Of a DNA stretch of 64,000 nt, positions 29,551-42,018 are shown piece by piece. Position numbers and translations under genes: made by a program. The DNA lies in assembly GCA_965204575.1 (NCBI GenBank), contig OZ241993.1, forward strand, positions 1,600,001 through 1,664,000, given 5' to 3'. The stretch is from an uncultured candidatus Porisulfidus sp. Lineage in GTDB: Bacteria; Pseudomonadota; Gammaproteobacteria; Poriferisulfidales; Poriferisulfidaceae. The stretch's first letter is position 1, and every line of letters starts with the position of its first letter. A model generated the notes under the pieces. The model was given only the letters and a program-made list of their open reading frames with translations, did no database searches and had not been told where the DNA came from.

Positions 29551-32364
29551 ATGGAACAAATCCGGGTCCGCGGAGCACGGACGCACAATCTCGACAACAT
29601 CGATCTGGACATTCCGCGCGACCGGTTGACCGTGGTAACCGGCCTGTCCGGGTCCGGCAAATCCTCGCTCGCCTTCGACACCATCTTCGCCGAAGGGCAG
29701 CGCCGCTACGTCGAATCCCTGTCGGCGTACGCCCGCCAGTTCCTCGCGCGCATGGAAAAGCCCGACGTGGACAGCATCGAAGGGCTGTCCCCGGCTATTT
29801 CGATCGAACAGAAGAGTGCCTCGCACAATCCCCGCTCCACCGTCGGCACGATCACCGAAATTCACGATTACCTGCGCCTGATGTACGCCCGGGTCGGCAT
29901 CCCCCGGTGCCCGCGCCACGGCCACGACCTGCAGGCCCAGACCATCACCGAAATGACGGATCACGTGCAGGCCCTGCCGGAAGGCCGGCGGGTCATGATT
30001 CTCGCGCCCGTCGTGCGCGATCGAAAAGGAGAGCACCAGGAACTCCTGCAAGGGCTGCAAGCGCAAGGCTTCCTGCGCGCGCGCATCGATGGCAAGGCCC
30101 ATGAACTCGACGAACCGATCCGTCTGGACCTCCGCCGCAAGCACACGATCGAGGTCATCGTCGACCGCCTGAAAGTTCGCGACGGAATCCGCACCCGCAT
30201 TGCCGAATCCTTCGAAACCGCGCTAAGGCTCGGGCAAGGAGTGGCGCGCGTGGTCAACATGGACGGTGAACCCATCGACGAAACCTTCTCCAGCCAGTAC
30301 GCCTGCCCGGAATGCGGCTACAGCCTCAACGAACTGGAACCCCGGCTGTTTTCCTTCAACAGCCCGGTCGGCGCCTGCAGCGAATGCGACGGCCTCGGCG
30401 TGCAGACGTTCTTCGACGAGGCCAAGGTGATCCATTCCGACCGTTCCCTGCGCCACGGCGCGATCCGCGGATGGGATTCGCGGAACGTGGCCTATTTCCG
30501 GATGATCAAAACCTTGGCAAAGCGTTACAAGTTTTCCGTCGATACTCCCTTCCAGCGCCTGCCGCGCCGTGCGCGCGACATCATCCTGTACGGCTCCAAC
30601 GGCGAATCCATCACGTTTGAATACACCGACACCCATGGGCGCCGGATGCGTTCCCGGCATCCGTTCGAGGGTGTGCTCCCGAACATGGAGCGCCGCTACC
30701 GCGACACGGAATCTCCGGCCGTGCGCGACGAACTCTCGCGCTACCGCAGTCAGCGCGCCTGCCCGGCCTGCGAAGGCGAGCGCCTGTGCGAGGCCGCCCG
30801 AAACGTCTTTATCGACGGCACCCCCCTGCCCCAATTGCTGCACTGGCCCATTGCCGATGTCTTCGGATTCTTCGAAAGGTTGGATCTTCCCGGGTACCGG
30901 GCGCAAATTGCCGCAAAGATCATTGCCGAAATTGGCCAACGGCTTCGGTTTTTGGTTGATGTCGGCCTGGAGTACCTGAGCCTGGAGCGTCGCGCCGAAA
31001 CCCTGTCCGGCGGCGAAGCGCAGCGCATCCGCCTGGCCAGCCAGATCGGTGCCGGGTTGGTCGGCGTAACTTACATCCTGGACGAGCCGTCCATCGGCCT
31101 GCACCAACGGGACAATGCCCGGCTCCTGAGGACGCTCGCCCACCTGCGCGATCTCGGAAACACCGTCATCGTCGTGGAGCACGACGAAAGCGCCATGCGC
31201 AGCGCCGACCACCTGGTCGACCTCGGCCCCGGTGCAGGAATCCATGGCGGCCGCGTAGTCGCCCAAGGCTCGGCGGAAGAAGTCTCCCGAGTGAAGGACT
31301 CTTTGACAGCCCAATACCTTTCAGGGCAGCAGAAGATCGAAATCCCCACGCAACGGGTACGCGCGCAGAAAGACCGGCAGTTGATCGTCCGCAAGGCCTC
31401 TGGCAACAACCTGCGCGACTTGGACGTGTCGATCCCGGTCGGCCTCCTCACCTGCGTCACCGGCGTCTCTGGGTCCGGAAAGTCAACACTCGTGAACGAC
31501 ACCCTGTACGGGCAGATGATCCAACCGAAGGATTGGATTCCCGGCCCTTGCGAAAAGCTAGAGGGCCTGGACCTGATCGACAAGGTTATCCGTATTGATC
31601 AGAGCCCGATCGGGCGTACTCCCCGTTCGAACCCGGCCACTTACACCGGCCTGTTCGGCCCGGTGCGGGAACTGTTCGCGGGTACCCAGGAAGCCCGTTC
31701 CCGGGGTTACCGGCCGGGCCGGTTCAGTTTCAATGTCCGGGGCGGCCGTTGCGAAGCCTGCCAGGGCGACGGCGTCATCAAGGTTGAAATGCACTTCCTG
31801 CCCGATGTTTACGTGCCCTGCGATGTCTGCGGGGGACTGCGGTACAACCGGGAGACGCTCGACATCCGCTACAAGAACAAGAACATAGCGGAAGTCCTCG
31901 ACATGACGGTCGAGACGGCCCGCGAATTCTTCGAAAATATCCCCGTGATACGCCGCAAGCTCGACACCTTGGCGCAGGTCGGCCTGCCCTATCTCCACCT
32001 CGGGCAGAGCGCCACCACCTTGTCAGGGGGGGAAGCCCAACGCATCAAACTGTCACGCGAATTGTCCAAGCGCGGGACCGGGAAGACTCTCTACATCCTG
32101 GACGAACCGACCACCGGGCTGCATTTTCATGACATCAAGCTCCTGCTGCACGTCCTGCATCAATTGCGCGACCGCGGCAATACCGTGATCGTGATCGAGC
32201 ACAATCTGGACGTCATCAAGACTGCCGACTGGATCATTGATCTCGGCCCGGAAGGCGGTCAAGCAGGCGGACGGATTGTCGCCGAAGGCCCACCGGAGAA
32301 AGTTGCGCGCAACAAGCGGTCTTATACCGGACAGTTTCTGGCACCAGCGCTGGAACAGAGTTGA
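29551..32364 (+). CDS. uvrA: Excinuclease ABC subunit A
   Basis: [21 protein letters not shown], two LSGGEAQRI motifs, GVSGSGKST, Zn fingers. Confidence 0.98.
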   Translation: MEQIRVRGARTHNLDNIDLDIPRDRLTVVTGLSGSGKSSLAFDTIFAEGQRRYVESLSAYARQFLARMEKPDVDSIEGLSPAISIEQKSASHNPRSTVGTITEIHDYLRLMYARVGIPRCPRHGHDLQAQTITEMTDHVQALPEGRRVMILAPVVRDRKGEHQELLQGLQAQGFLRARIDGKAHELDEPIRLDLRRKHTIEVIVDRLKVRDGIRTRIAESFETALRLGQGVARVVNMDGEPIDETFSSQYACPECGYSLNELEPRLFSFNSPVGACSECDGLGVQTFFDEAKVIHSDRSLRHGAIRGWDSRNVAYFRMIKTLAKRYKFSVDTPFQRLPRRARDIILYGSNGESITFEYTDTHGRRMRSRHPFEGVLPNMERRYRDTESPAVRDELSRYRSQRACPACEGERLCEAARNVFIDGTPLPQLLHWPIADVFGFFERLDLPGYRAQIAAKIIAEIGQRLRFLVDVGLEYLSLERRAETLSGGEAQRIRLASQIGAGLVGVTYILDEPSIGLHQRDNARLLRTLAHLRDLGNTVIVVEHDESAMRSADHLVDLGPGAGIHGGRVVAQGSAEEVSRVKDSLTAQYLSGQQKIEIPTQRVRAQKDRQLIVRKASGNNLRDLDVSIPVGLLTCVTGVSGSGKSTLVNDTLYGQMIQPKDWIPGPCEKLEGLDLIDKVIRIDQSPIGRTPRSNPATYTGLFGPVRELFAGTQEARSRGYRPGRFSFNVRGGRCEACQGDGVIKVEMHFLPDVYVPCDVCGGLRYNRETLDIRYKNKNIAEVLDMTVETAREFFENIPVIRRKLDTLAQVGLPYLHLGQSATTLSGGEAQRIKLSRELSKRGTGKTLYILDEPTTGLHFHDIKLLLHVLHQLRDRGNTVIVIEHNLDVIKTADWIIDLGPEGGQAGGRIVAEGPPEKVARNKRSYTGQFLAPALEQS

Positions 32365-32374
32365 AGAAAAATCC

Positions 32375-32798
32375 TTAAACGCCTTTCCTCAAACGTAGCA
32401 AAGCTTCGCGTGCGGTCACGATAGGAATGCCTTCAGCCTCGCCCAACGCAAGCATGCATATGTCTTTTGTCACCAGAGACGATAAGATCAGCATGCCCGG
32501 CAATTGCCAGAGCCAAAATCGGGTTGTCTTTAGGGTCGGGAGACAAATCCACGTCTGGTGGTGAATCCATAATGAACGCGAACGTGTCGATGTTTTCGAC
32601 AAGAGTCGCCGCATGGCTAATATCTACAAACTTTCGAATACGAGGACGGACAAGAACTTCAGACAGCTCAGCAATTTGAGCCTTTGATGTAACAAGTTCG
32701 ATTCTGCCACGCATCCAGGCCTGATACAGCCGTTCCGGCGAGGTACCCTTAGTAATAAGGGCACTGACTAGGATGTTGGTATCAAGTACGAGCCGCAC
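32375..32798 (-). pseudogene. PIN-domain toxin with a C-terminal frameshift
   Basis: GTG start 32798, RLVLDTNILVSAL, DPKDN, ADLIVSGDK. A tandem GCATGCAT at 32452-32459 shifts the native tail MLALGEAEGIPIVTAREAL into another frame. Confidence 0.8.
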
Positions 32799-33042
32799 GC
32801 ACGGTATCCACTTCCTCGTCAATCAGATCGAGGATTTCCTGTTGATCGTGCGAACTATTGCGGTCTTTAATTTCACGGATGGTCAAGTCAAACACGTGGC
32901 GACGTGCTGCCTCATCGACAAATCGAGACAGGTCTCCTTTCTTGCCGCCAATACGCATAAGATAGGAGCGAACTGCTCTGTCCGTCTTTTCAGAAATAGA
33001 TAGATTCCATCGAGTCATGTCTAAATTCTCGCGCGTAGCCAT
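32782..33042 (-). CDS. Ribbon-helix-helix antitoxin (partner of the PIN toxin)
   Basis: TRWNLSIS...TDRAVR...GDLSRFVDEA; overlaps the PIN gene start. The start may be 33018. Confidence 0.75.
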   Translation of the reverse strand: MATRENLDMTRWNLSISEKTDRAVRSYLMRIGGKKGDLSRFVDEAARRHVFDLTIREIKDRNSSHDQQEILDLIDEEVDTVRAART

Positions 33043-33045
33043 AGC

Positions 33046-33082
33046 GTCTACATGCAGACAAAATTATCGCACAGGTTGTGCG
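33046..33082 (-). promoter_or_regulatory. Candidate promoter/operators of the RHH-PIN operon
   Basis: Minus-strand TGCGATAAT (extended -10-like). Palindromes CGCACA-ggt-TGTGCG (33068-33082) and near-perfect GTCTACATGCAGAC (33046-33059). Confidence 0.45.
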
Positions 33083-33118
33083 TTGAACTGAAACCGGAAA
33101 GCCGGGGTAGACAACCAT

Positions 33119-33403
33119 TCATGTTGCTCCGGGGTGCCAACGGCCAACCTTAATGGTGCCAGCGCTCTCCAGCGTACGGGCAAAGTCATAAGCCGCCTGC
33201 ATGCGGCACCAGATCCGCGCACTGCCACCAAAAACCTTGCTAATGCGAACGGCCATTTCCGGAGAAATGCCCGAACGACCATTCACGACTTTTGAGAGTT
33301 GCCCCCGGCTGACCCCTAAATGTGTCGCCGCTTCAGTGAGAGTCATGCCTATGGAATCAATGCACACCTGCCGGAATGCTAATCCCGGATGTTGAAGGTT
33401 CAG
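33119..33403 (-). CDS. Second, orphan HigA-family antitoxin, possibly degenerate at its start
   Basis: In-frame LNLQHPGLAFRQVCIDSIGMTLTEAATHLGVSRGQLSKVVNGRSGISPEMAVRISKVFGGSARIWCRMQ. No ATG precedes the HPG motif (CTG at 33403) and no toxin gene lies upstream. Confidence 0.7.
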   Translation of the reverse strand: MNLQHPGLAFRQVCIDSIGMTLTEAATHLGVSRGQLSKVVNGRSGISPEMAVRISKVFGGSARIWCRMQAAYDFARTLESAGTIKVGRWHPGAT

Positions 33404-33448
33404 GCAGTGCGTTAGGCGTAATCCGATACGCCCGAGAGCAGGTTTCGC

Positions 33449-33877
33449 TTATTCCGTAGTTTCAGCAGATTCTTCGACAGTTTCGGGAGCAGGCGCTTCT
33501 GCTTCCGTTTCCAGGCTAGCCTCCCGGTCTACCAACTCGACATAGGCCATCGGGGCGTTGTCGCCCGGTCGGTAGCCATTCTTGAGAACCCGCAGGTAGC
33601 CCCCCGGGCGATCCTTGTATTTCGGGCCCAATTCAGTGAACAATTTTCCAACGATCTGCCGATCGCGCAGTTTGTCGAACGCACGGCGACGACGAGCCAA
33701 CGTGTCCTCGCCGGCCAACGTGATCAGCGGCTCGACGACCCGGCGCAGTTCCTTGGCTTTCGGCAAAGTGGTATGGATCCCCTCGTGCTGCAGCAGCGAC
33801 ACCGCCATGTTGCGGAACATGGCGCGGCGGTGTGCCGAGGTTCGATTCAGGCGGCGGCCGGCCTTTCGGTGGCGCAT
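33449..33877 (-). CDS. rplQ: 50S ribosomal protein L17
   Basis: [24 protein letters not shown]. Confidence 0.98.
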   Translation of the reverse strand: MRHRKAGRRLNRTSAHRRAMFRNMAVSLLQHEGIHTTLPKAKELRRVVEPLITLAGEDTLARRRRAFDKLRDRQIVGKLFTELGPKYKDRPGGYLRVLKNGYRPGDNAPMAYVELVDREASLETEAEAPAPETVEESAETTE

Positions 33878-33887
33878 GGCGGATTCC

Positions 33888-34883
33888 TCAGAACAGCGGC
33901 GTGCGTCCGCGCACCAGGTCGGCGGGAGGCCAGTTCTCGATCTTCATGGCCAGCGTGAGTTCGCGTGCCGCCAGGGCCTGCTTGATTTCCGCGACGGTCT
34001 TCACCCCGATATTCGGCGTCTGCTTCATCAGTTCGTCCTCGCCCTTCTGCACCAGGTCGCCCACGAAGAAGATGTTTTCCTGCTTGAGACTGTTGATCGA
34101 GCGGACTCCCAGCTCCAGTTCGTCGATCGGCAGTTTGAAGACTGGGTCGACCTCCGTCGTGTGAGCCGGAACCGGGCGCATCACCTCGCCTTCGAGGCCA
34201 ACCAGCACCGACAATTGCTCGCTCAGGATCACCGCAGCCATGCGAATGATTTCTTCTGGCTCGACAGTCCCGTTCGTCTCCAGATTCAGTACCAGCTTGT
34301 CCAGATCGGTGCGCTGCTCCACGCGGGTATTCTCCACGTGGTAGGCCACCCGTCGGATCGGGCTGAAACTCGCGTCCAGCAGCAGGGTGCCGATGGAATG
34401 TTCCTGGTCGTCGCGCCGGCGTGCCGGAACCGGGACGTACCCGCGACCCCGTTCGATCTTCAGCCGCATATCCAGCGAACCGGCTTCGGTCAGGTGCGCA
34501 ATTACGTGATCCGGGTTTGCGATCTCGATGTCATGGCCGATCTCGATGTCGCCCGCGCACACGACCCCCGGGCCGCTCTTCTGCAGGTGCAGTTCGGCCT
34601 TGACCCGTTCATGCATGCGAATGGCGACGCCCTTGAGGTTGAGCAGGATGTCGACCACGTCCTCCTGCACCCCGTCGAGCGTGTCGTATTCGTGCTTCAC
34701 GCCCTCAATCTCGACCTCGGTGATGGCCGAGCCCGGGATGGACGACAGCAAGACCCGGCGCAACGCGTTCCCGAGCGTGTGCCCGAACCCCCGCTCCATC
34801 GGCTCCAACACCACCCGTGCCTCGCGGCCGGCCGTGTACTTGGCTTCCACCACGCGGGGCACCATCAGTTCGCTGCTCAGCAT
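33888..34883 (-). CDS. rpoA: RNA polymerase alpha subunit
   Basis: [46 protein letters not shown]. Confidence 0.98.
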   Translation of the reverse strand: MLSSELMVPRVVEAKYTAGREARVVLEPMERGFGHTLGNALRRVLLSSIPGSAITEVEIEGVKHEYDTLDGVQEDVVDILLNLKGVAIRMHERVKAELHLQKSGPGVVCAGDIEIGHDIEIANPDHVIAHLTEAGSLDMRLKIERGRGYVPVPARRRDDQEHSIGTLLLDASFSPIRRVAYHVENTRVEQRTDLDKLVLNLETNGTVEPEEIIRMAAVILSEQLSVLVGLEGEVMRPVPAHTTEVDPVFKLPIDELELGVRSINSLKQENIFFVGDLVQKGEDELMKQTPNIGVKTVAEIKQALAARELTLAMKIENWPPADLVRGRTPLF

Positions 34884-34903
34884 TCTTCCAGTCCTCTTCA
34901 GGA

Positions 34904-35533
34904 TTATTTCGAATAGAACTCAACGACTAGAGACTCGTTGACTTCCCTGTAAATCTCTTCACGCGCCGGAGGTTGCTTGAAGGTCCCTTCGAGCTTGTCG
35001 AAATCGACGTCCACCCAGTCCGGCAGGCCCTGCTGCTTGGCGATGCCGATCGCGTCCCTGATCCGCACCTGCTCCCGCATCTTCTCGCGCACGGCGACCA
35101 CGTCGCCGGCCTCGACCGAATACGACGGAATGTTGACTATCTTGCCGTTCACCTCAATGCCCTTGTGCGAGACGATCTGGCGGCATTCCGCCCGGGTCGT
35201 GCCGAAGCCCATTCGGTACACCACGTTGTCCAGCCGGCACTCCAGCAGGCGCATCAGGTTGTCCCCGGTCGAACCCTTGGCCTGCGAGGCTTTCTTGTAG
35301 TAGTTGCGGAACTGCCGCTCAAGCACGCCGTACAGGCGGCGCAGTTTCTGCTTCTCGCGCAATTGCAGGCCGTAGTCGGAAATCCGCCCGCGCCGGCCTC
35401 CGCGTCCACCCTTGCTGCCCGGCGGCACGTCGAGCTTGCACTTTTTGTCCAGTTCGCGCACCGGCGACTTGAGCTCCAGGTTGGTGCCCTCGCGTCGCAT
35501 GAGCTTGCATCGGGGTCCGAGGTATCGTGCCAT
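34904..35533 (-). CDS. rpsD: 30S ribosomal protein S4
   Basis: [31 protein letters not shown]. Confidence 0.98.
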   Translation of the reverse strand: MARYLGPRCKLMRREGTNLELKSPVRELDKKCKLDVPPGSKGGRGGRRGRISDYGLQLREKQKLRRLYGVLERQFRNYYKKASQAKGSTGDNLMRLLECRLDNVVYRMGFGTTRAECRQIVSHKGIEVNGKIVNIPSYSVEAGDVVAVREKMREQVRIRDAIGIAKQQGLPDWVDVDFDKLEGTFKQPPAREEIYREVNESLVVEFYSK

Positions 35534-35543
35534 GACCCTGCCC

Positions 35544-35945
35544 TCAGACGCGGCGCCGCTTCGGCGGGCGGCAGCCGTTATGCGGAACCGGGGTGATGTC
35601 CCGGATGTTGGTGATTCGGAAACCGCTTGCGTTCAATGCCCGCATGGCCGACTCGCGGCCCGGTCCCGGCCCGCGCACCCGGACTTCCAGGTTGCGAATC
35701 CCGAACTCCAGGGCTTCCTTGCCGACCCGCGAAGCCGCGACCTGAGCGGCAAACGGAGTACTCTTGCGGGAACCCTTGAAGCCGGACCCCCCGGAGGTCG
35801 CCCAGCACAGGGTGTTGCCTTGCAGGTCGGTGATGGTCACGATCGTGTTGTTGAACGAGGCGCGGATGTGCGCGATCCCGTCGGTCAATGTCCGGCGAAC
35901 CTTCTTGCGCGCCCGGGTGGAGGTCTTGGATTTAGGAGCAGCCAT
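35544..35945 (-). CDS. rpsK: 30S ribosomal protein S11
   Basis: [33 protein letters not shown]. Confidence 0.98.
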   Translation of the reverse strand: MAAPKSKTSTRARKKVRRTLTDGIAHIRASFNNTIVTITDLQGNTLCWATSGGSGFKGSRKSTPFAAQVAASRVGKEALEFGIRNLEVRVRGPGPGRESAMRALNASGFRITNIRDITPVPHNGCRPPKRRRV

Positions 35946-35948
35946 GGA

Positions 35949-36305
35949 TTACTTGCGGATGGGGCGACGCGGCCCTTTTCGGGTGCGTGCGTTGGTTCGG
36001 GTTCGTTGGCCGCGCAGCGGCAGGCTGCGCCGATGGCGCACCCCCCGGTAGCAGCCGAGGTCCATCAGGCGCTTGATACTCATGGCGGTCTCGCGGCGCA
36101 GGTCGCCCTCGATGGTGTACTTTCCGACCGCCTCGCGCAGCGTGCCCAACTCCCCCTCGCTGAGGCTGCCCAACTTCTCCGCCGGATTCACCGAGCAGGC
36201 TGTGCAAATCGCCACCGCCCGGCTGCGTCCGATGCCAAAAATGGACTGCAACGCGATCACCGTATGCTTGTGATCGGGGAGGTTGACGCCTGCAATTCGT
36301 GCCAT
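35949..36305 (-). CDS. rpsM: 30S ribosomal protein S13
   Basis: [21 protein letters not shown]. Confidence 0.98.
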   Translation of the reverse strand: MARIAGVNLPDHKHTVIALQSIFGIGRSRAVAICTACSVNPAEKLGSLSEGELGTLREAVGKYTIEGDLRRETAMSIKRLMDLGCYRGVRHRRSLPLRGQRTRTNARTRKGPRRPIRK

Positions 36306-36343
36306 GATTTTTCGTGCGCGTAAAAAGGGTATATTTTACCGTA

Positions 36344-36457
36344 TCAACCCTGCCGTTGCTTGTGGCGGGGAATCCTGCAAATCACGCGCACCACGCCGTT
36401 GCGGCGCACGATCTTGCAGTGACGGCAGATTCGTTTGACGGAAGCCTGGACTTTCAT
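36344..36457 (-). CDS. rpmJ: 50S ribosomal protein L36 (Zn-binding form)
   Basis: Manual translation [37 protein letters not shown]; absent from the ORF track. Confidence 0.97.
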   Translation of the reverse strand: MKVQASVKRICRHCKIVRRNGVVRVICRIPRHKQRQG

Positions 36458-36469
36458 GGGGTCCTCCTC

Positions 36470-37780
36470 TTATCGCAGGAGGCTGCGGGAGCGCATGCCC
36501 CGCGCCTCGGCTTTCTTCAGCAGCCCTTCGTACTGGTGCGACATCAGGTGCGTCTGCAGCTGGGCAATGAAATCCATCACCACCACCACGATGATCAGCA
36601 GCGAAGTCCCGCCGAAATAAAACGGAACGCTCAGGCCTAGGATCAGGAACTCGGGCAGCAAGCACACGAACACGATGTACATCGCGCCGACCGCGGTCAG
36701 GCGGGTCATCACGGTGTCGATGTAGCGGGCCGTCTGCGCGCCCGGGCGGATGCCCGGGATGAATGCGCCGGAGCGCTTCAGGTTGTCCGCGGTGTCCTTG
36801 GAATCGTACACCAGCGCGGTATAGAAGAAACAGAAGAACGCGATGGCGACCGCATAGAACAGCACGTACAGCGGCTGCCCCGGCCCCAAGGTAGCCGACA
36901 GGTCGCGCAACCAGCCCATGCCTTCGGCCGTGCCGGCCCATTGCCCGAACGTGGCCGGGAACAGGATGATGCTGGAGGCGAAGATCGGCGGGATGACGCC
37001 GGCCATGTTGAGCTTGAACGGCAGGTGCGTCGACTGCATGGCGACATGCCGGCCCTGCTGCTGTCGGGCATAGTTGACCGTGATGCGGCGCTGCCCGCGT
37101 TCGATGAACACGACGAACGCGGTGATGGCCAGAACCAGGGCAAACAGGAGCACCACCAGCGCGGACGACAGTTCGCCGGTGCTGGCCAGCTCCAGGGTGC
37201 CACCGACTGCGGTCGGCAGACCGGCGACGATGCTGGTGAAGATGATCAGCGAGATTCCGTTGCCGATGCCGCGCTCCGTGATCTGCTCGCCGAGCCACAT
37301 CAGGAACATGGTCCCCGTCACCAAGGTGATGATGGCGGTGACCGCGAAGCCGTAGCCGGTGTAAAGCGCGATGCCCTGGCTTTGCAGCGCCACCGACACG
37401 CCGCCGGCCTGGAACGTGGCCAGGGCCAGGGTGCCGTAACGCGTGTACTGGGTGATCTGCCGCCGCCCCTGCTCCCCTTCCTTGCGCAATTCCTTGAGGC
37501 TCGGGATCACGGCGGTCATCAACTGCATGATGATCGCGGACGAGATGTACGGCATGATGCCCAGCGCCAGGATGCTGAGGCGCTCCAGCGCACCGCCCGA
37601 GAACATGTTGAACAAGTCGATGATGGTGCCGCTTTGCTGTTCGAAGAAGCGGGCCAGCGCACTGGGGTCCACGCCCGGCACCGGAATGTAGGTCCCGATG
37701 CGATAGACGATCAACGCGCCCACCACGAACAGGAGGCGTTGGCGCAACTCGGAGAACGGCGAGGCTTTGGGAGGCGCCAC
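36470..37780 (-). CDS. secY: Preprotein translocase SecY
   Basis: [43 protein letters not shown]. Confidence 0.98.
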   Translation of the reverse strand: MAPPKASPFSELRQRLLFVVGALIVYRIGTYIPVPGVDPSALARFFEQQSGTIIDLFNMFSGGALERLSILALGIMPYISSAIIMQLMTAVIPSLKELRKEGEQGRRQITQYTRYGTLALATFQAGGVSVALQSQGIALYTGYGFAVTAIITLVTGTMFLMWLGEQITERGIGNGISLIIFTSIVAGLPTAVGGTLELASTGELSSALVVLLFALVLAITAFVVFIERGQRRITVNYARQQQGRHVAMQSTHLPFKLNMAGVIPPIFASSIILFPATFGQWAGTAEGMGWLRDLSATLGPGQPLYVLFYAVAIAFFCFFYTALVYDSKDTADNLKRSGAFIPGIRPGAQTARYIDTVMTRLTAVGAMYIVFVCLLPEFLILGLSVPFYFGGTSLLIIVVVVMDFIAQLQTHLMSHQYEGLLKKAEARGMRSRSLLR

Positions 37781-37783
37781 GGT

Positions 37784-38215
37784 TTACTCCTGGATCTCTC
37801 CGCCAGCCGCTTCGATGGCTGCGCGCGCACCGCGGGTCACCGCAATCCCCTGCACGGCGTACGCCCGGGTCAATTCGCCGCGCAGCATGATCTTCGCGCG
37901 CACCGCGTGGCCCGGCACCAGCCCGGCGCTGCGCAGGGAGTCCAGCGTCACGGTCGGTTCGTCCAGGCTCTCCAGGCGACCGGTACCCACCTCGGCGCAC
38001 AGCGGCCGATGCGAGCGGAAGCCGGATTTGGGCAGGCGGCGCTGCAGGGGCATCTGGCCGCCCTCGAAGCCGGTCTTGTGATAGCCTCCGGAGCGCGACT
38101 TCTGGCCCTTGTGGCCCCGTCCCGCGGTCTTGCCGGTCCCGCTGCCGATGCCGCGCCCCACGCGCTTGCGCGGGCGGCGGCTGCCGGACGGCGGCGTCAG
38201 GGTGTTGAGGCGCAT
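37784..38215 (-). CDS. rplO: 50S ribosomal protein L15
   Basis: [30 protein letters not shown]. Confidence 0.98.
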   Translation of the reverse strand: MRLNTLTPPSGSRRPRKRVGRGIGSGTGKTAGRGHKGQKSRSGGYHKTGFEGGQMPLQRRLPKSGFRSHRPLCAEVGTGRLESLDEPTVTLDSLRSAGLVPGHAVRAKIMLRGELTRAYAVQGIAVTRGARAAIEAAGGEIQE

Positions 38216-38397
38216 CAGTTCTCCTCCACTTCGAGCAGGTAGTCGACCTTGCGCACCATGCCGCGATTCTGCGGCGTATCCTGCACCTCGACAGTCTGGT
38301 GCAGGCGACGCAGGCCCAGGCCGCGCACGCAGGCCCGGTGATCCGGCAAGCGGCCGATCAGGCTCTTCACCAGAGTGACCTTCAGGCTTTTTGCCAT
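38215..38397 (-). CDS. rpmD: 50S ribosomal protein L30
   Basis: [16 protein letters not shown]...GLGLRR...RGMVRKV. The start was reset to 38397. Confidence 0.96.
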   Translation of the reverse strand: MAKSLKVTLVKSLIGRLPDHRACVRGLGLRRLHQTVEVQDTPQNRGMVRKVDYLLEVEEN

Positions 38398-38912
38398 TGC
38401 ATGCGCTCCTTCATTTCGGCCGCCGACTTGCCGAGTTTCTCGGCCACCTGTTCCGGCGACTGGATGGACTGCAACCCCTTGAGGGTGGCGTAGACGGTGT
38501 TGATCGGATTGCGCGAGCCGATGCACTTGGCCAGCACGTTGTGCACGCCGAGCACCTCGAAGACGGCGCGCATCGGTCCGCCGGCGATGATCCCGGTACC
38601 TTCGGAGGCGGGTTGCATGTAGACCCGCGCCGCGCCGTGCGTGCCGGTGACCGGATAGTACAGGGTGCCATCGCGAAGCGGCACCGTGATCATGGACCGT
38701 CGCGCCTTCTCCATGCTCTTCTGGATGGCCAGCGGCACCTCGCGCGCCTTGCCGTAACCGACTCCGACGCGGCCGTTGCGGTCGCCGACCACGGTCAGCG
38801 CGGTAAAGCCGAACTGCCGGCCGCCCTTGACGACCTTGGCCACGCGGTTGACCGCGACCATTTTCTCGACCAGCTCTTCGCTGCCTTGCAGAACTTCAAG
38901 ATTCGTCGCCAT
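38382..38912 (-). CDS. rpsE: 30S ribosomal protein S5
   Basis: [29 protein letters not shown]. The start was reset to 38912. Confidence 0.97.
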   Translation of the reverse strand: MATNLEVLQGSEELVEKMVAVNRVAKVVKGGRQFGFTALTVVGDRNGRVGVGYGKAREVPLAIQKSMEKARRSMITVPLRDGTLYYPVTGTHGAARVYMQPASEGTGIIAGGPMRAVFEVLGVHNVLAKCIGSRNPINTVYATLKGLQSIQSPEQVAEKLGKSAAEMKERMQWQKA

Positions 38913-38922
38913 TCTTATCTCC

Positions 38923-39279
38923 TCAGAACTTGAGCCCCGCTTCCCGCGCGGCTTCCGCCAGCGCGCGCACGCGGCCGTGATAGCGGAATCGTCCGCGGTC
39001 GAACCAGACCTCTTCCACCTTCGCCTTGAGCGCCCGTTCCGCCACCATGCGCCCAACCTGCCCGGCCGCTTCGCAGTTGCCGGTGGTTTTGAGCTTTTTG
39101 CGCAACTCCGGGCTCAGGGTCGATGCCTGGACAATCACCTGGGAACCGTCCGGGCTGAGCACCTGGGCATACACGTGCCGCTCCGTGCGGTGCACGGTCA
39201 TCCGGTGCCGGCTGGAATCCTCCAGCCGGGTGCGAACCCGGCGCATCCGCCGGCCGCGAACCTGGTCGAGACGGCTCAT
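38923..39279 (-). CDS. rplR: 50S ribosomal protein L18
   Basis: [32 protein letters not shown]. Confidence 0.97.
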   Translation of the reverse strand: MSRLDQVRGRRMRRVRTRLEDSSRHRMTVHRTERHVYAQVLSPDGSQVIVQASTLSPELRKKLKTTGNCEAAGQVGRMVAERALKAKVEEVWFDRGRFRYHGRVRALAEAAREAGLKF

Positions 39280-39800
39280 TTCTTCTTCGCCTCCTTTCGC
39301 AGCACCCGCTCGTCGCTGTAGCGCACGCCCTTGCCCTTGTACGGTTCCGGCGGCCGGTAGGCGCGAATTTCCGCTGCCACCTGGCCGACCTTCTGCTTGT
39401 CGATCCCAGACACCACCACTTCGGTCTGGCTGGGAGTCTGCAGAGTCACGCCCTCGGGCGGGGTGTAATTGATCTGGTGCGAAAAGCCGAGATTCAGGTT
39501 CAGGGCCTTGCCGCGCATCTGCGCCCGGTAGCCGACACCGACCAGTTCCAGCTTCTTCGAATAGCCTTCCTGGACGCCCTTGATGTTGTTCGTCAACAGG
39601 GAATTCATCGTCCCCGCCAGTGCAGACGCTTGCGGAGGCGCATCGAAGTACACCACGCGGTCTTCTTCGCGCACGCGGACTGGATCCGCCAACTGCAGCG
39701 AAAGTTCCCCTTTCGGCCCCTTGACCGTCACCTGCTGGCCGGCCATGGAAAACTCGACCTTGTCCGGCAGTGGAATGGGGCGACTGGCAATACGCGACAT
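39276..39800 (-). CDS. rplF: 50S ribosomal protein L6
   Basis: [22 protein letters not shown]. Confidence 0.98.
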   Translation of the reverse strand: MSRIASRPIPLPDKVEFSMAGQQVTVKGPKGELSLQLADPVRVREEDRVVYFDAPPQASALAGTMNSLLTNNIKGVQEGYSKKLELVGVGYRAQMRGKALNLNLGFSHQINYTPPEGVTLQTPSQTEVVVSGIDKQKVGQVAAEIRAYRPPEPYKGKGVRYSDERVLRKEAKKK

Positions 39801-39803
39801 CGT

Positions 39804-40199
39804 TTACTCCACGGTGCAGAGGATCTCGCCGCCATGTCCACCCTTTCGGGCCTCATGGTCGGTCATGACGCCGTGCGAAGTCGACACCACCGCGATGCCG
39901 AGCCCTCCCCGGATCCACGGCAAATCGCGCGCGCCGCGATAGATCCTCAAGCCCGGGCGGCTGACTCGGCGCAGACGGTTGATCACCGGCTTTTCTTCGT
40001 GGTACTTCAAAGTGATCCGAAGGCGATTGCAGGGCTGACCCTCCTCGACCTCGTAACCGGTGAGGTAGCCCTCGTCGCGCAGCACCCGGACGACCGACTC
40101 GCGGTGCTTCGAATATCCCATTTCCACCGTCTCATGCCGAGCCTGTTGGGCATTACGGATGCGGGTCAGCATATCGGCGATCGGATCTTGCATGCTCAT
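39804..40199 (-). CDS. rpsH: 30S ribosomal protein S8
   Basis: [21 protein letters not shown]. Confidence 0.98.
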   Translation of the reverse strand: MSMQDPIADMLTRIRNAQQARHETVEMGYSKHRESVVRVLRDEGYLTGYEVEEGQPCNRLRITLKYHEEKPVINRLRRVSRPGLRIYRGARDLPWIRGGLGIAVVSTSHGVMTDHEARKGGHGGEILCTVE

Positions 40200-40209
40200 G
40201 GCCTTGTCC

Positions 40210-40515
40210 TCACCAGCTGGCCTTGGTCAGGCCCGGGATGTCGCCGCGCATGGCGGCCTCGCGAAGCTTGTTGCGCCCCAGGCCAAAGCGGCGGTAATAG
40301 CCCCGTGGCCGACCGGTAATGCTGCACCGGTTGCGCAGGCGGATCGGCGAGGAGTCCCGCGGCATCTTCTGCAGCGTCTCCTGGGCGGCCAGACGCTGCT
40401 CCAGCGTGCTGTTCGGGTCCTTGATAATGGCACGCGCGGCAGCGCGACGCTTGGCATAGCTTCGCACCAAGCGCTGGCGCCGGCGGTCTCTCTGAATCAT
40501 GCTGACTTTGGCCAT
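40210..40515 (-). CDS. rpsN: 30S ribosomal protein S14 (101-aa form)
   Basis: [29 protein letters not shown]. Confidence 0.98.
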   Translation of the reverse strand: MAKVSMIQRDRRRQRLVRSYAKRRAAARAIIKDPNSTLEQRLAAQETLQKMPRDSSPIRLRNRCSITGRPRGYYRRFGLGRNKLREAAMRGDIPGLTKASW

Positions 40516-40518
40516 GCT

Positions 40519-41058
40519 TCAACTCCGCAGGGGAAATTTGAACGCGCGCAGCAGTGCCTCGGCCTGGGCGTCGTCGCGCGCATTGGTGGTAATGGTCACG
40601 TCCAGTCCCCGCATCTGGTCGATCGTGTCGTAGTCGATCTCGGGGAAGACGATCTGCTCGGGGATGCCCATGCTGTAATTGCCGCGCCCGTCGAAGGAAC
40701 GCACCGGCAACCCGCGAAAATCACGCATCCGGGGGATCACGATGTTGATCAGCCGGTCCAGGAACTCGTACATCAGGGTCCGGCGCAGCGTAACCCGGCA
40801 ACCGACCGGCCAGCCGTCCCGGATGGAGAATCCGGCCACCGACTTGCGCGCCCGGGTCACCACCGGCGTCTGACTGGTGATGCGCTTCAGGTCGTCCAAC
40901 GCGTTCTGGATGGTTTTCTTGTCGCGCGCACTCGCGCCCAATCCCATGTTCAGGGTGATCTTCTCGATCCGGGGAACGGCCATCGGGCTGTTCACCCCGA
41001 GCGCTTCCTGCAACTGGGGGCGAATCTCTTCCAGGTATTGCTGCTTCAGACGGGCCAT
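40519..41058 (-). CDS. rplE: 50S ribosomal protein L5
   Basis: [29 protein letters not shown]. The start was reset to 41058. Confidence 0.98.
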   Translation of the reverse strand: MARLKQQYLEEIRPQLQEALGVNSPMAVPRIEKITLNMGLGASARDKKTIQNALDDLKRITSQTPVVTRARKSVAGFSIRDGWPVGCRVTLRRTLMYEFLDRLINIVIPRMRDFRGLPVRSFDGRGNYSMGIPEQIVFPEIDYDTIDQMRGLDVTITTNARDDAQAEALLRAFKFPLRS

Positions 41059-41065
41059 GGCAACC

Positions 41066-41383
41066 TCAGATGTCGATGACTTCATCGTTGGACTTGAAGA
41101 AGCGGACCTTGCGTCCGTCTTCCAAGCTGCGGAAACCGACCCGGTCCGGGCGCTGGGTGGTCGGGTTGTAGATCTGCACGTTGGAGAGGTCCAGCGGCGC
41201 TTCGCGCTCGACAATGCCGCCCTGCCGGCCGGCCTGCGGGTTCGGCTTGGTGTGCCGCTTCACCAGGTTCAGGCCTTCCACCACGACCCGGTTGCCCTGC
41301 AGCATGCGCAGGACCGTGCCCTGCCGGCCACGATCCTTGCCGACCATGACCACGACCGTGTCGCCTTTGCGGATCCTGTTCAT
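41066..41383 (-). CDS. rplX: 50S ribosomal protein L24
   Basis: [23 protein letters not shown]. Confidence 0.98.
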   Translation of the reverse strand: MNRIRKGDTVVVMVGKDRGRQGTVLRMLQGNRVVVEGLNLVKRHTKPNPQAGRQGGIVEREAPLDLSNVQIYNPTTQRPDRVGFRSLEDGRKVRFFKSNDEVIDI

Positions 41384-41389
41384 GATTCC

Positions 41390-41758
41390 TCACAGCACCT
41401 CCGGCGCCAGTGAAATGATCTTCATGAATCTCTCCGAGCGCAGTTCCCGGGTGACCGGACCGAACACGCGGGTGCCGATCGGCTGCATCTGGTTGTTCAG
41501 CAGCACGGCGGCATTGCGGTCGAAGCGAATCGACGAACCGTCGCCGCGCCGGACGCCGTGCGCCGTGCGCACCACCACCGCGTTCAGCACTTCACCCTTG
41601 CGCACCTTGCCGCGCGGGATCGCATCCTTGACGCTGACCTTGATCACGTCGCCGATCCGCGCATAGCGCCGGCGGGACCCGCCCAGCACCTTGATGCACT
41701 GCACCTTGCGCGCGCCGCTGTTGTCGGCCGCATCCAGCATGGTCTCGACCTGGATCAC
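41390..41758 (-). CDS. rplN: 50S ribosomal protein L14
   Basis: GTG start 41758; [22 protein letters not shown]. Confidence 0.98.
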   Translation of the reverse strand: MIQVETMLDAADNSGARKVQCIKVLGGSRRRYARIGDVIKVSVKDAIPRGKVRKGEVLNAVVVRTAHGVRRGDGSSIRFDRNAAVLLNNQMQPIGTRVFGPVTRELRSERFMKIISLAPEVL

Positions 41759-42018
41759 GAGCTCCCCTCCGTCGCCGCCTTGAGAACCTCGACCAATTCC
41801 CAGGCCTTGTGCTTGGAGTGCGGGCGGCACTCGCGAATCCGCACGCGGTCGCCGATGTGCGCCTGGTTCTCCTCGTCGTGCACCAGGACCTTGGTCGACC
41901 GGCGAATGTACTTGCCGTACAGGGGATGGCGGAGCTGACGCACCACCTCGACCGACGCCGTCTTGTCCATGCGGTCGCTGACCACCTGGCCGATCACGGA
42001 GCGGATCTTCTCGCTCAT
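41755..42018 (-). CDS. rpsQ: 30S ribosomal protein S17
   Basis: [26 protein letters not shown]. Confidence 0.98.
   Translation of the reverse strand: MSEKIRSVIGQVVSDRMDKTASVEVVRQLRHPLYGKYIRRSTKVLVHDEENQAHIGDRVRIRECRPHSKHKAWELVEVLKAATEGSS

Noticed and set aside
33449-33520. Acidic C-terminal tail on bL17
   Set aside because: Low-complexity tails on L17 are common across bacteria.
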